NCBI GenBank assembly: GCA_027340875.1
Contig: DAIENX010000009.1
Span: 1-58,562 of the forward strand
Reading direction: 5' to 3'
Origin: Elusimicrobiota bacterium
GTDB taxonomy: Bacteria > Elusimicrobiota > Elusimicrobia > Elusimicrobiales > UBA9959
Length of the DNA stretch: 58,562 bases
The notes beneath the pieces were generated by a model that saw nothing but the letters and a program-made list of their open reading frames with translations, was not told the origin of the DNA and made no database searches. Position numbers and translations under genes: made by a program. This document shows, in pieces, positions 35,290 to 45,356 of this stretch; position 1 is the first letter of the stretch; each line of letters starts with the position of its first letter.

Positions 35290-36747
35290 ATGAAGATACT
35301 GATAGCTGCCAGCGAGGCTTTTCCCTTCTGCAAGACCGGCGGCTTGGCGGACGTGACCGGCGCGCTCGCGCAGGTGTTCTCGCGGATGCCCGACGCCGAG
35401 GTCGTGCTTTTCCTGCCGCGCTACCGCAACGTCGGCGGGGGGGCCTTCTCTCCCAAGGCCACCGGCGGCAGCTTCCTGATACCGGTAGGCAGCCGCGTCG
35501 AGACCGCCACGATGAGCCGCGTGCAGTGGGGCAAGGTCGCGGTCTATTTCCTGGAGAACCCGAAGTACTTCGACCGGCCCGGCCTGTACCGCACCGCCAC
35601 CGGCGACTACGAGGATAACGACGAGCGCTTCATCTTCTTCTCCCGCGCGGTGCTCGAGGGCGCCAAGTTCATAGGCTTCAAGCCGGACGTGATACACTGC
35701 CACGACTGGCAGACAGGCCTGATCCCCGCCTACATGCGCACGCTCTACCGCATAGACTCCTTCTATTCGAAGACCGCCAGCGTCTTCACGATACACAACA
35801 TCGCCTACCAGGGCATGTTCCCGAAGGAGACGCTGCTGAAGGCGGGCTTCTCCTGGATGGACTTCACCCCGGAGAAGCTCGAGTACTACGGCGGAGTGAA
35901 CTTCATGAAGGCCGGGCTAGCCTACTCGGACCTGATAACCACGGTCAGCCCGACCTACGCCGGGGAGATCCAGTACCGCCCCGAGTTCGGGCACGGGATG
36001 GAGGGCCTGTTGAAGCACCGCACAGCGGACCTGTTCGGCATCCTGAACGGCATCGACGAGGAGATCTGGGACCCGGCCACCGACACCTTCCTGGACCGCG
36101 GCTACGAGCTTAAGAGCTTCGCCCGCGGCAAGGCCGCCGCGAAGAAGTCGTTGCAGAAGGAGCTGGGGCTCGAGGAGAACAAGGACCTGATACTGGCCGG
36201 CGTGGTCAGCAGGCTGGACAGGCAGAAAGGGCTGGACATACTTCTGCGCGCGGCGCCGGATTTCCTGGACAAGATGCAGTTCGTGGTGCTGGGGGCCGGC
36301 GACCCCGGGCTCTCCGACGCCTTTACCGCCCTCGCCGCGGAGCACCCGAAAAGGGTGGCCTTCAGGTCCGGGTTCGACGAGGAGTTCGCCCACCGCATCT
36401 ACGGCGGCTCCGACATCTTCGTGATGCCGTCGCGCTTCGAGCCCTGCGGGCTCAGCCAGATGATAGCCATGCGCTACGGGGCCCTGCCCGTGGTCACGCG
36501 CACCGGCGGCCTGAAGGACACCGTGTTCTATAATGGCGAGCCCAAGGACTCCAACGGCTTCGCGATAGACGATCCGGACGAGAGCCAGCTCAGGTCCGTG
36601 CTCGGGCACATCGTTTCCCTGTACGCCTGGCGCGAGAACTGGAGCATGATGGTGCGCAACGCTATGCGCGGCGACTATTCCTGGGGCAAGTCGGCGGAGG
36701 CCTACGTCAAGCTGTTCGCGATAGCGGCCCAGCGCCGCCAGCTCTGA
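35290..36747 (+). CDS. glgA: Glycogen synthase
   Basis: KTGGLADV, HCHDWQ, TIHN, NGID, PSRFEPCGL, TGGL.DTV. Confidence 0.96.
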   Translation: MKILIAASEAFPFCKTGGLADVTGALAQVFSRMPDAEVVLFLPRYRNVGGGAFSPKATGGSFLIPVGSRVETATMSRVQWGKVAVYFLENPKYFDRPGLYRTATGDYEDNDERFIFFSRAVLEGAKFIGFKPDVIHCHDWQTGLIPAYMRTLYRIDSFYSKTASVFTIHNIAYQGMFPKETLLKAGFSWMDFTPEKLEYYGGVNFMKAGLAYSDLITTVSPTYAGEIQYRPEFGHGMEGLLKHRTADLFGILNGIDEEIWDPATDTFLDRGYELKSFARGKAAAKKSLQKELGLEENKDLILAGVVSRLDRQKGLDILLRAAPDFLDKMQFVVLGAGDPGLSDAFTALAAEHPKRVAFRSGFDEEFAHRIYGGSDIFVMPSRFEPCGLSQMIAMRYGALPVVTRTGGLKDTVFYNGEPKDSNGFAIDDPDESQLRSVLGHIVSLYAWRENWSMMVRNAMRGDYSWGKSAEAYVKLFAIAAQRRQL

Positions 36748-36754
36748 CCGTTCT

Positions 36755-37225
36755 ATGAATAGGCCCGTCATCTGGGCGCTGTTCTTCGGCTTCCTCGCGG
36801 CGGCCTGGCTGCTGCTCAGGACCCTGCTGGGCGTGGGGGAGGGTATAAGGGCTACCTACCGCCCCGGCAATATGACCTCCCTGAGCTCGGTGCGCAGCGC
36901 CCTCCAGGTATATTACGGCGACCACGAAGGCCGGTTCCCTACGGACGACCTTTCCTGCCTTATGCCGGACGATAAATACCTCGCGGAGATGCCCCAGCTC
37001 TGGCCCCCCAAGTCCACCCTGGGGGCACGGCATCAGCCGACCAGGGAAGTCTCCGTCTATCGGCGCGGGGAGCAGCTGCGGGATACCGGCAAATGGGCCT
37101 ATTTCAACGATCCGGCCGATCCCCGCTGGGGAAATTTCGCTATAGACTGCACCCATCCCAAGCTGATCAAGGGCCGCGGCCTCTTCGCCCGGCCGGTTAC
37201 CGGCGCTTCCTGGAGCACGTTCTAG
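36755..37225 (+). CDS. Pilin-like protein lacking the prepilin cleavage motif
   Basis: Aligns with the 2798-3259 pilin (LSSVRSAxQVYYGD, WAYFNDP, WGNF, CTH, WSTF), but the N-terminus is a plain TM segment without G|FTLIE. Confidence 0.8.
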   Translation: MNRPVIWALFFGFLAAAWLLLRTLLGVGEGIRATYRPGNMTSLSSVRSALQVYYGDHEGRFPTDDLSCLMPDDKYLAEMPQLWPPKSTLGARHQPTREVSVYRRGEQLRDTGKWAYFNDPADPRWGNFAIDCTHPKLIKGRGLFARPVTGASWSTF

Positions 37226-37296
37226 CACCCGGGCCCAGGCCCTGCTGGGCCCTTGGACCCTCGCGCCGCTTCAGCGGTTGATGGATAATTTAATAG

Positions 37297-38541
37297 ATGC
37301 GTGTAAACATCACGAGCTGCTTCATCGCCCTTCTTCTGGTCACGCCGGCGATGCCGTCGGCCGCGCAGGAGCTCCCCACTTTCACCGCCGGCGGTCCCGG
37401 CCAGGCCGTACCGGCCCTGCCGCCGCCGCCCTCGATCCCGCCGCCCCAGGCGGTGCCTGGTCCGGTCGCGCCACAGCCGGCGCACGGCCCGCTGTCGCAA
37501 CAGACCGTGCCGGACCTCGCTTTCTCAGGCAGCACTGATATCGCCGCGGTGATCGAAGGGGCCATACGCTCCTCCAGCTCCACCGTGGAGGTGGCCATCT
37601 ACGGTCTGACGCTGCCCGGGGTGGCCCAGGCCCTGGTGGACGCCAGGGACCGGGGCGTCAGGGTGCGCGTGATAATGAACGAATCCCACGTGTTCACCAC
37701 CCGCCGCGACGACGGCATACAGCTCCTGATGGATAAGGGCGTGGACATGCGCACGCTGCGCGGCACCGGCCGCAACGGCATCATGCACAATAAGCTCGGC
37801 ATCTATGACGGCCGGCTGGTCTCCGCCGGCTCGTTCAACTGGGCGGTCACCGCCAACGTGGCCAACAGCGAGAACGCGGTGTTCCTGCGCGACGCCCATA
37901 CGGTGGACGGCTACCGGAAATATTTCGAGTGGATGTGGGGTTTCTCCAGGCGCGTGGCGGACGGACCTGCCGGCAGCGTCAAGGATTTCGGCCCTCCGCC
38001 AAAGGACCCCGCCCCGTCAGTCATCTTCGGAGGCCTGAAGCTGCCCTCCTGCTCCTTTTCTCCCGACGGCGAGACGAAAGCCGACGTGATCCGCGCCCTG
38101 GATTCCGCGAGGAACAGGGCGGATATCGCCGTCTTCAGCTTTTACGATGAGGATATCGCCAGGGCGGTCATGAACGCCGGCAAGCGCGGCGTGAAGGTGC
38201 GGGTGCTGGTGGACCGGGTGCAGGCCAGCCAGTCCGACGTGGGGGTCATGCTCGTGAAGGCGGGTATCCCTTTCCGCTGGAGCCTGGGCTTCTCCGGCAG
38301 GGGCGTCATGCACAACAAGTTCGCCGTCCTGGACCGGAAGCTGCTGATCACAGGGTCCTTCAACTGGTCCACGAACGCCCAGCAGAACAACTTCGAGAAC
38401 GTGTTCTACACCACGGCTTCCTCCTACGCGGAGGCGTTCTCGGCGCAGTTCGAGGAGCTGTTCTCCGCCGCGGACGAGCCCACCCTCGACGACCTGCAGC
38501 GCGCCCGCGCCGAACAGAAGGCCTTCCTCCCCCGGCGCTGA
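37297..38541 (+). CDS. Secreted phospholipase D-like protein (two HKD domains)
   Basis: Signal peptide, Pro-rich linker, MHNKLGIYD..GSFNW and MHNKFAVLD..GSFNW. Confidence 0.9.
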   Translation: MRVNITSCFIALLLVTPAMPSAAQELPTFTAGGPGQAVPALPPPPSIPPPQAVPGPVAPQPAHGPLSQQTVPDLAFSGSTDIAAVIEGAIRSSSSTVEVAIYGLTLPGVAQALVDARDRGVRVRVIMNESHVFTTRRDDGIQLLMDKGVDMRTLRGTGRNGIMHNKLGIYDGRLVSAGSFNWAVTANVANSENAVFLRDAHTVDGYRKYFEWMWGFSRRVADGPAGSVKDFGPPPKDPAPSVIFGGLKLPSCSFSPDGETKADVIRALDSARNRADIAVFSFYDEDIARAVMNAGKRGVKVRVLVDRVQASQSDVGVMLVKAGIPFRWSLGFSGRGVMHNKFAVLDRKLLITGSFNWSTNAQQNNFENVFYTTASSYAEAFSAQFEELFSAADEPTLDDLQRARAEQKAFLPRR

Positions 38542-38684
38542 TCGCCGCGCCGCGGCGGCCAGGCGCAAGACGGGCGGGTTTGCCCCATCGAAAGGTTATG
38601 TTGTAAAATTACCCCGATGACGGAAGGACCCGGATATACGGCCGCGGCTTACCGCGGGCCCGTGGTCCGGAGCGCCGGCTGATT

Positions 38685-40142
38685 ATGCTTTTCAACTCCC
38701 TGGCCTTCCTCGTCTTCTTCCCGGTCGTCAGTTCCCTTTATTTCCTCCTGCCTTACCGGTGGCGCTGGCTGCTGCTGCTGCTGGCCAGCTGCGTCTTCTA
38801 TATGTGGCTAATCCCGGCCTATATCCTGGTGCTGGCGGTGACGATAGCCATAGACTACACGGCGGGCATCCTTATAGAGGATTCTTCCTCTCCTCGCGTC
38901 AAAAGGGCCAGCCTCATCGCCAGCGTCCTGTCGACGTGCCTGGTCCTGTTCATCTTCAAATATTTCAACTTCTTCAACGCCAACCTGCATAATCTGTCGG
39001 CCTTTCTGGGCTACAACTATCCGCTCTCGCTGCTGAAGCTGATACTGCCGGTCGGCCTTTCCTTCCACACGTTCCAGAGTCTCAGCTACGTGATAGAGGT
39101 CTATAACGGCCGTCAGAAGGCGGAGCGCAACTTCGGCATCTACTCGCTCTACGTCATGTTCTACCCGCAGCTGGTGGCCGGTCCCATAGAGCGTCCGCAG
39201 AACCTGCTGCACCAGTTCTACGAGAAACACGACTTCAACTACCAGGACGCCGTCGACGGTCTGAAACTGATGGCTTGGGGCATGTTCAAGAAAGTGGTGG
39301 TGGCCGACCGGCTGGCCGTAGTGGTGAACCATGTCTATGATGCCCCGACCGCGTACACCGGGGCCCCGCTGCTGCTGGCCACGATCTTCTTTTCCTACCA
39401 GATATACTGCGATTTTTCCGGCTATTCCGACATAGCCCGCGGCGCGGCCCGCTTCATGGGCTTCCGTCTGATGCGGAACTTCAATATCCCGTACTATTCC
39501 CGCTCGGTGGGGGAGTTCTGGAAGAGGTGGCATATCTCGCTGTCCACCTGGTTCAAGGATTACCTCTATATACCGCTGGGAGGCAGCCGCTGTACCGCCG
39601 CCCGTCAGAACTTCAACCTTTTCTTCACGTTCCTCGTCAGCGGCCTCTGGCACGGAGCTAATTGGACCTATGTGGTCTGGGGCGCGCTTAACGGCGCCTA
39701 TCTGGTGGCCGAGAGGGCCCTCTCCGCGCTGGGGTCCCGGCTGACCGGCGGCAGGGCCCCCCGCCTGCCGGCCCCCTTAAGGGTGGCGGTCACCTTCTCG
39801 CTCATAACCTTCGCCTGGGTCTTCTTCCGGGCGAACACCATCTCGGACGCCTTCTACATAGTGGCGCATATGTTCGACGGGCTGGGAAGGCTGGACAGCC
39901 TGGCCGCGCTGCGCAGGAGCGTCGGAGGGCTGGGTCTGATGCCTTTCGAGTTCGGGGTTGCGCTTGGTTCGCTGGTGCTGCTGGAGGCGATGCAGCTGGT
40001 GCAGGCCCGGACGGACATGCGGCTGGCGTTGAGCGCCGCGCCGGTATCCGCCAGGTGGTTAATGTACGCGGGGTTGACGTACGTCATTATGGTGTTCGGG
40101 GCTTTCAGCAATAACTCGAAGTTCATCTATTTCCAGTTCTAA
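38685..40142 (+). CDS. MBOAT family O-acyltransferase (AlgI/DltB-like)
   Basis: MLFNS, LPVGLSFHTFQ, FYPQLVAGPI, DFSGYSD, FWKRWHISLS, SGLWHGA, FIYFQF. Confidence 0.95.
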   Translation: MLFNSLAFLVFFPVVSSLYFLLPYRWRWLLLLLASCVFYMWLIPAYILVLAVTIAIDYTAGILIEDSSSPRVKRASLIASVLSTCLVLFIFKYFNFFNANLHNLSAFLGYNYPLSLLKLILPVGLSFHTFQSLSYVIEVYNGRQKAERNFGIYSLYVMFYPQLVAGPIERPQNLLHQFYEKHDFNYQDAVDGLKLMAWGMFKKVVVADRLAVVVNHVYDAPTAYTGAPLLLATIFFSYQIYCDFSGYSDIARGAARFMGFRLMRNFNIPYYSRSVGEFWKRWHISLSTWFKDYLYIPLGGSRCTAARQNFNLFFTFLVSGLWHGANWTYVVWGALNGAYLVAERALSALGSRLTGGRAPRLPAPLRVAVTFSLITFAWVFFRANTISDAFYIVAHMFDGLGRLDSLAALRRSVGGLGLMPFEFGVALGSLVLLEAMQLVQARTDMRLALSAAPVSARWLMYAGLTYVIMVFGAFSNNSKFIYFQF

Positions 40143-40152
40143 AAAGAGGCCC

Positions 40153-41316
40153 ATGGTGTCTCCGGACGTGAAAAGATTCCTGAAGAAGCTGTCGCTGGCC
40201 CTGCTGGCCGCCGGGCTTTTTGCCGGCTTCTCCGTCGGCTTCCTGTTCTATTCCGGGGAGATGCTCCCGGTCGAAAAAGTGGTGGAGATGCGGGTGCGGT
40301 CTCCCGGCAGCGTTTCTATGTACGGCTGTCTTTACAGTTCGCCGAAACTCTATTACCAGTGGCAGGTGGTCCTTCGCACGGCTCCCGAGGTCCTCGCGTT
40401 CGGCACTTCCAGGAACCAGGAGATGCGTTCGGAGTTCTTCAGGGCGGGGGTGACCTTCTACAACGCGTCCAACCCGGCGTCCAAGCTGGAATCATACAAA
40501 TACTTCGTCGATTCCATTCCGCCCGGCCGCGAGCCCAGTGTGCTGATCGTGGGGCTGGACCAGTTCTTCTTCAACCGCGCCTGGGAGTACTATTCGGCGC
40601 CTCTGCCCCCCGCTTCCGCTTTCTCGCCGGAACAGGATTACTCCGAGATACTGAAGCTGGGGATCCCGGGCGTGCACCGCGACCTGATCAGGGACGGCCT
40701 GCCGCATGGCCTCATTTCGCTGAGGCGGGACGGGCGGATAGGGCTGAGCGCGCTGCTGGACAACAACGGTCTCCGCGCCGACGGCAGCCTGTCGGTCAAT
40801 ACCGCCAGGATAAAGCCTTCGCGGCATAACGACGCCTTGCGTTTCGTGGAGTCCGGCAGGAGCGCGTTCGCCTACGGCTTCGAGGTGTACCCGGCCGCGC
40901 TGGAGCGGCTGGAGGAGTTCCTTTCCGCCTGCCGCGCGCGCGGCATCTACGTCGTGGCGTTCTTGCCGCCGTACGCGCATTGCGTGTACGAGGCCATGTC
41001 GGCGAAGGGGGATAAGTACGCCTACCTCGCCAGGCTGCGGGCGGTGCTGCCCGGCGTCTTCCGCCGGCACGGTTTCGGCTTCCATGATTTCACCGATCTG
41101 AAGGACGTGGGGGCCTCCGATCTGGAGACGATAGACGGGTACCACGGTTCCGAGAAGGCCTACCTGCGCCTATTTATCCGCATGGCCGGTACCGACCCTC
41201 GGCTGGGGCGGCTCACCGACGTACCTCTTCTGAAGGCCCGCCTGGCGGCCGCCGCCGATGACTTCACAGTTTTTGGGGACCGGTCCGCCGGACGTCACTT
41301 TCGCGGGGCTCAATAG
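40153..41316 (+). CDS. MBOAT partner protein (SGNH/DltD-like, membrane anchored)
   Basis: N-terminal TM segment, FGTSR block, FLPPY, DGYH near the C-terminus; follows the MBOAT gene. Confidence 0.65.
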   Translation: MVSPDVKRFLKKLSLALLAAGLFAGFSVGFLFYSGEMLPVEKVVEMRVRSPGSVSMYGCLYSSPKLYYQWQVVLRTAPEVLAFGTSRNQEMRSEFFRAGVTFYNASNPASKLESYKYFVDSIPPGREPSVLIVGLDQFFFNRAWEYYSAPLPPASAFSPEQDYSEILKLGIPGVHRDLIRDGLPHGLISLRRDGRIGLSALLDNNGLRADGSLSVNTARIKPSRHNDALRFVESGRSAFAYGFEVYPAALERLEEFLSACRARGIYVVAFLPPYAHCVYEAMSAKGDKYAYLARLRAVLPGVFRRHGFGFHDFTDLKDVGASDLETIDGYHGSEKAYLRLFIRMAGTDPRLGRLTDVPLLKARLAAAADDFTVFGDRSAGRHFRGAQ

Positions 41317-41334
41317 TCCAGGCACGCGGAGGGT

Positions 41335-44300
41335 TCAGGCCTTCACGCCCTCGCCGCCCATGAACCTCTTCCTGAACCAGATCTCCAGGTCGTCGAACAG
41401 CGAGTAGGTCACCGGCGTCATCAGCAGCGTGATCAGCAGCGACAGCGTCTGGCCGCCTATGATGACCAGGGCCATAGCGCGCCGCGTGCCGGAGCCCGCG
41501 CCGGTGCCGATCGCCGTGGGTATCATGCCCGCGATCAGCGTCAGCGTGGTCATCAGGATCGGGCGCAGCCTGGTCTTGTTCGCCTCTATCATCGCCTGGT
41601 GGCGCGACAGGCCCTTCGCCCGCAGCGTGTTCGTGTAGTCCACCTGCAGGATGGAGTTCTTCTTCACTATGCCGAACAGCATGAAGATGCCCATGATGCT
41701 GAACAGCGTCAGGTTCTGGTGGAAGATGAACAGCGAGATGATCGCGAACGGTATCGTCAGCGGCAGCACGATCATGATCGAGACGGGGTAGACGAAGCTC
41801 TCGAACTGGCTGGCCAGCACGATGTAGATGAAGATGAACGCCATCAGGAAGGCCATCAGGAAGCCCTTGAGCATGTTGCCCAGCTCCTTGGCGCGCCCGG
41901 TGACCCCGCCCTTGTACTCCGGCGGGGCGTGCAGGTCCGCGAAGGCCTTGTCGGCCTCCGTTATCAGCTTGCCCAGCGGGATGCCGGAGGTGTTGGCCAG
42001 CACCTTGACATTGCGCTGCCTGTTGAAGCGCTCTATCTGCGTCGGGCCCACGCCCTCGGTCACGCGGGCTACGTTGTCCAGGCGCGTGACGCGGCCCGTC
42101 CCGGCCGGCACCATCAGGGCCTCGATGGCCTCCTTCCTGTCGCGGAAGGTCTCCTCGGCGCGCAGGCGGACCTGGAAGAGGTCGTCGCCGTCCTTGTACT
42201 TGGTGATGTCCTCCTCGCCTCCCACCATCGTGCGCAGCGAGGTCGCGATATCCTCCACCTTCACGCTCAGGTCGTGCGCGCGACGGCGGTCTATCTCGAC
42301 GCGGTACTCGGGCTTGGCGTAGGAGAAGCTGGTGTCCACGTCCACCGCGCCCTTCACCTTGCGCAGCCGGTCGGCCACGGCCCGTGAATACTCGTCGAGC
42401 TTGGCCAGGTCGGGTCCCGAGATGTTGTACTGCAGCTCCGCCTCGCCCCCGCCGAAGCCTCCCACGGGGGAGACGGAGACGCGCAGGCCCTTATACTTGC
42501 TCATCATCTCGCGCGAGGCCAGCACGAGGTCGCCGATGGGGAGGTCGCGGTCCTTGATGTCCGCTGTCTCGACCAGCAGGTAACCCTCGTTCACGGCCGA
42601 TGAACCGCTGTGGCCGCCGGTGCCGGTGCCTATGGAGGTCAGTATGTTCTTCACGTAAGGGAGCTGGCGCGTTTCCGTGGAGACCTGTTCGAAGATCTGC
42701 TTCATCACCGGCAGGCTCGTGCCCTCCGGGGCGGTCACTATTATCTGGTACTGCCCGGTGTCGTCCTGCGGCAGGAAGTCCTTGCCGAGGAACATGAACA
42801 GCGGCACCATCGAGAGCATGATCAGCACCGCGTAGACCACCATGCTCTTGCGGTGGGCCAGCGACCACTCCAGCATCCGGATGTAGTATCCGGAAAGGAA
42901 GTCGTTGATGCGGTCGGTAAACTGCTGCAGCCCGCTCTTGCCGCCGGGGCGGACCTTCAGGAAGATGGAGCAGAGCATCGGCGTCAGCGTCAGCGCGACG
43001 AACGTGCTGATGGCGACCGCGTAGGCTATCGTCAGGCCGTAGCTGCGGATGAAGCGGCCTATGATGCCGCCCATGTAGGCCAGCGGCACGAAGATCACCA
43101 GCAGCGCCAGCGACATCGCCAGCACGGCGAAGGCTATCTCGCGGGAGCCGTCCAGCGAGGCCTTCAGCGGGGCCATCTTGTGCTCCTCCATGTGCCGGTA
43201 GATGTTCTCCAGCATCACGATGGCGTCGTCGATGACTATGCCGACGGCTATCGTAAGGCCTAGCAGCGTCATGTTGTTCAGCGTGAAGCCTGACAGGTCC
43301 ATGAAGATGAAAGTGCCTATCAGCGAGGTAGGGATGGCCAGCGAGGAGATGATCGTGGAGCGGAAGTCTCCCAGGAACAGCAGCACCATCAGCGCGGCGA
43401 ACAGAGCGCCCAGCACCAGGTGTTCCTTGACCGTAGCCACCGAGGCCTCGATGAACACCGACTGGTCGCCGATGATCGTGGTCGTCACTCCGGGCGGCAG
43501 CGACTTCCGGATCTCGGCGAGGCGCTCCTTGATGTTCTTTACCACCGCGACGGTGTTGGTGCCGGACTGTTTCTTGACCACCAGCGTTACCGAGGGCCGG
43601 CCGTTGTAGAAGGAGGCCGTGGTCATGCGTTCGCCGGTGTCCTCGACGCGGCCGATGTCGGAGATCCGCACCGGGGCCCCGTTGATGGTGGTCACGACGA
43701 TATTATTGAAATCCTGGACGCTGGCGATGCGGCCCATCGTGCGCAGCACGTACTCCTTGTCGCGCTGCTCCACCTTGCCGCCGGGGATCTCTATGTTCTG
43801 CTGTATTATCGCGTCCTTGACCTGCTTGATGGACAGGCTCATCGCGGAGAGCTTCAGCGGGTTTACCACTATGTGGATCTCGCGCTCGCGGCCGCCCACG
43901 ATGTCAACCGCGCCCACGCCGTTGACGGTCTCTATGATCTCCTTGATCTTCTTCTTGGCCGTCTGCGTCAGGTCTATCAGGTCCATGTCCCCGTAGACCA
44001 CGACGTTCAGCACCGGCGTCGCGCCTATGTCGAACTTGCCGATCACCGGCGGGTCGGTGCCCTGCGGCAGCTGGCGCTGCACCGAGTTGACCTTGTCTCG
44101 CACCTCCTGGGCGGCCACGTCGCCGTTCTTCTCCAGCGCGAACTTGATCATCACCATCGAGATGCCCTCGTAACTGGTGGACTGGATGTCCTCGATGCCG
44201 GAGACGGTGTTGACCGCCTCCTCGATGGGCTTGGTGATGGACGACTCCACCTCCTCAGGGCCGGCGCCGCGGAGCGTGGTCTGTATCATCACGAACGGGA

Positions 44301-44424
44301 AGTCGACGTTAGGGAACAGGTCCACTCCTAGCCTGAAGTAGGAGAACAGGCCGATCACCACTATCGTGGTGATCATCATAGTGGTGAAGATGGGTCGGTG
44401 GACGGAAATCTCGGTTATTTTCAT
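41335..44424 (-). CDS. RND efflux permease (AcrB/HAE1 family)
   Basis: 1029 aa; GIVIDDAIVMLENI, LTLTPML, GIVKKNSIL, RLRPILMT. Confidence 0.96.
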   Translation of the reverse strand: MKITEISVHRPIFTTMMITTIVVIGLFSYFRLGVDLFPNVDFPFVMIQTTLRGAGPEEVESSITKPIEEAVNTVSGIEDIQSTSYEGISMVMIKFALEKNGDVAAQEVRDKVNSVQRQLPQGTDPPVIGKFDIGATPVLNVVVYGDMDLIDLTQTAKKKIKEIIETVNGVGAVDIVGGREREIHIVVNPLKLSAMSLSIKQVKDAIIQQNIEIPGGKVEQRDKEYVLRTMGRIASVQDFNNIVVTTINGAPVRISDIGRVEDTGERMTTASFYNGRPSVTLVVKKQSGTNTVAVVKNIKERLAEIRKSLPPGVTTTIIGDQSVFIEASVATVKEHLVLGALFAALMVLLFLGDFRSTIISSLAIPTSLIGTFIFMDLSGFTLNNMTLLGLTIAVGIVIDDAIVMLENIYRHMEEHKMAPLKASLDGSREIAFAVLAMSLALLVIFVPLAYMGGIIGRFIRSYGLTIAYAVAISTFVALTLTPMLCSIFLKVRPGGKSGLQQFTDRINDFLSGYYIRMLEWSLAHRKSMVVYAVLIMLSMVPLFMFLGKDFLPQDDTGQYQIIVTAPEGTSLPVMKQIFEQVSTETRQLPYVKNILTSIGTGTGGHSGSSAVNEGYLLVETADIKDRDLPIGDLVLASREMMSKYKGLRVSVSPVGGFGGGEAELQYNISGPDLAKLDEYSRAVADRLRKVKGAVDVDTSFSYAKPEYRVEIDRRRAHDLSVKVEDIATSLRTMVGGEEDITKYKDGDDLFQVRLRAEETFRDRKEAIEALMVPAGTGRVTRLDNVARVTEGVGPTQIERFNRQRNVKVLANTSGIPLGKLITEADKAFADLHAPPEYKGGVTGRAKELGNMLKGFLMAFLMAFIFIYIVLASQFESFVYPVSIMIVLPLTIPFAIISLFIFHQNLTLFSIMGIFMLFGIVKKNSILQVDYTNTLRAKGLSRHQAMIEANKTRLRPILMTTLTLIAGMIPTAIGTGAGSGTRRAMALVIIGGQTLSLLITLLMTPVTYSLFDDLEIWFRKRFMGGEGVKA

Positions 44425-44452
44425 AGGGGTTCCGGAGGCTTTCCGGCGGCCC

Positions 44453-45337
44453 TCAGTCCTGCACCTTTATCTTACTGCCGTTCTTGAGGCCGTAGAGGCC
44501 GAAAGTGATCACGTCCTCGCCGTCCTTGACGCCGCTTATCTGCGCGTAGTCGGCGGTCCTGATGCCCACGCGCACCGGCACGCGGGCCGCCGCTCCGCCG
44601 GCGGCCGGCACGAAGACGTAGTCGCGGCCGTCCTCGGTCACCACGGCGGCAGAAGGCACGGAGAGCGCCGCCCCCCGGGAGGCCACTATCAGGCGGGCCT
44701 CGGCGAACATGCCGGACTTCAGGCGGCCTTCGGCGTTGTCGACCAGCACCTCCACCACCGTGTTGCGGGAATGGGAGTCCACTACAGGGCTGACGCGGTA
44801 GACCGTGCCGGTGAAATAGCGGTCCGGGAACGCGTCGACCTTGATGCGGGCGGTCTGTCCCTGGAACACCTTGCCTATGTACTTCTCTGGCACGTCCACC
44901 GCCACGCGCACTTTGCTCTGGTCCACCACCATGGCTATCGGGGTCTGCGGGTTCACGCTGGCGCCGGTGTCCTGGTATACGCGGCCTATCACGCCGGTGA
45001 GGGTGGAGGGGACGGGTGCGGGCTCGTAGACCACGCCGACCTCGTCGCGCTCTATCAGCGCCACCGGCGCATCCTTCTTCACGGGGTCTCCCTCCTTCAG
45101 GAGATTGCGCAGCAGCTTTCCCGAGGTCCTCGGGAAGAGCGTGGCCTCGTCGAGGGCCTTCACCGAGCCTGTGAGCAGGATGTACTCCTCGAGGCTGCGC
45201 ACCTGCGCCTTCTCGGTCTTCACCAGGAAGCGGTCCTTCTCCAGCCGGTCCAGGGCGTCGGCCTCCTTGTTCCTGCAGCCGGCCGCCAGCGCCGCGGCCG
45301 CGGCCAGTACGAGCAGTGCGATCTTCAGGTTCTTCAT
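44453..45337 (-). CDS. RND periplasmic adaptor (membrane fusion lipoprotein)
   Basis: Lipobox LAAGC; lipoyl and beta-barrel motifs, LKSGMFA; alpha-hairpin appears very short. Confidence 0.92.
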   Translation of the reverse strand: MKNLKIALLVLAAAAALAAGCRNKEADALDRLEKDRFLVKTEKAQVRSLEEYILLTGSVKALDEATLFPRTSGKLLRNLLKEGDPVKKDAPVALIERDEVGVVYEPAPVPSTLTGVIGRVYQDTGASVNPQTPIAMVVDQSKVRVAVDVPEKYIGKVFQGQTARIKVDAFPDRYFTGTVYRVSPVVDSHSRNTVVEVLVDNAEGRLKSGMFAEARLIVASRGAALSVPSAAVVTEDGRDYVFVPAAGGAAARVPVRVGIRTADYAQISGVKDGEDVITFGLYGLKNGSKIKVQD

Positions 45338-45356
45338 AGTCGTCCTCTATCCCTCG

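Noticed and set aside
37228..37265. GGGCCC-rich short palindromes (also near 47300-47352)
   Set aside because: Too short and low in complexity to support as a defined repeat family from this window alone.
37297..38541. PLD protein as an anti-phage defence nuclease
   Set aside because: It has a signal peptide and no adjacent helicase, methylase or other defence genes.
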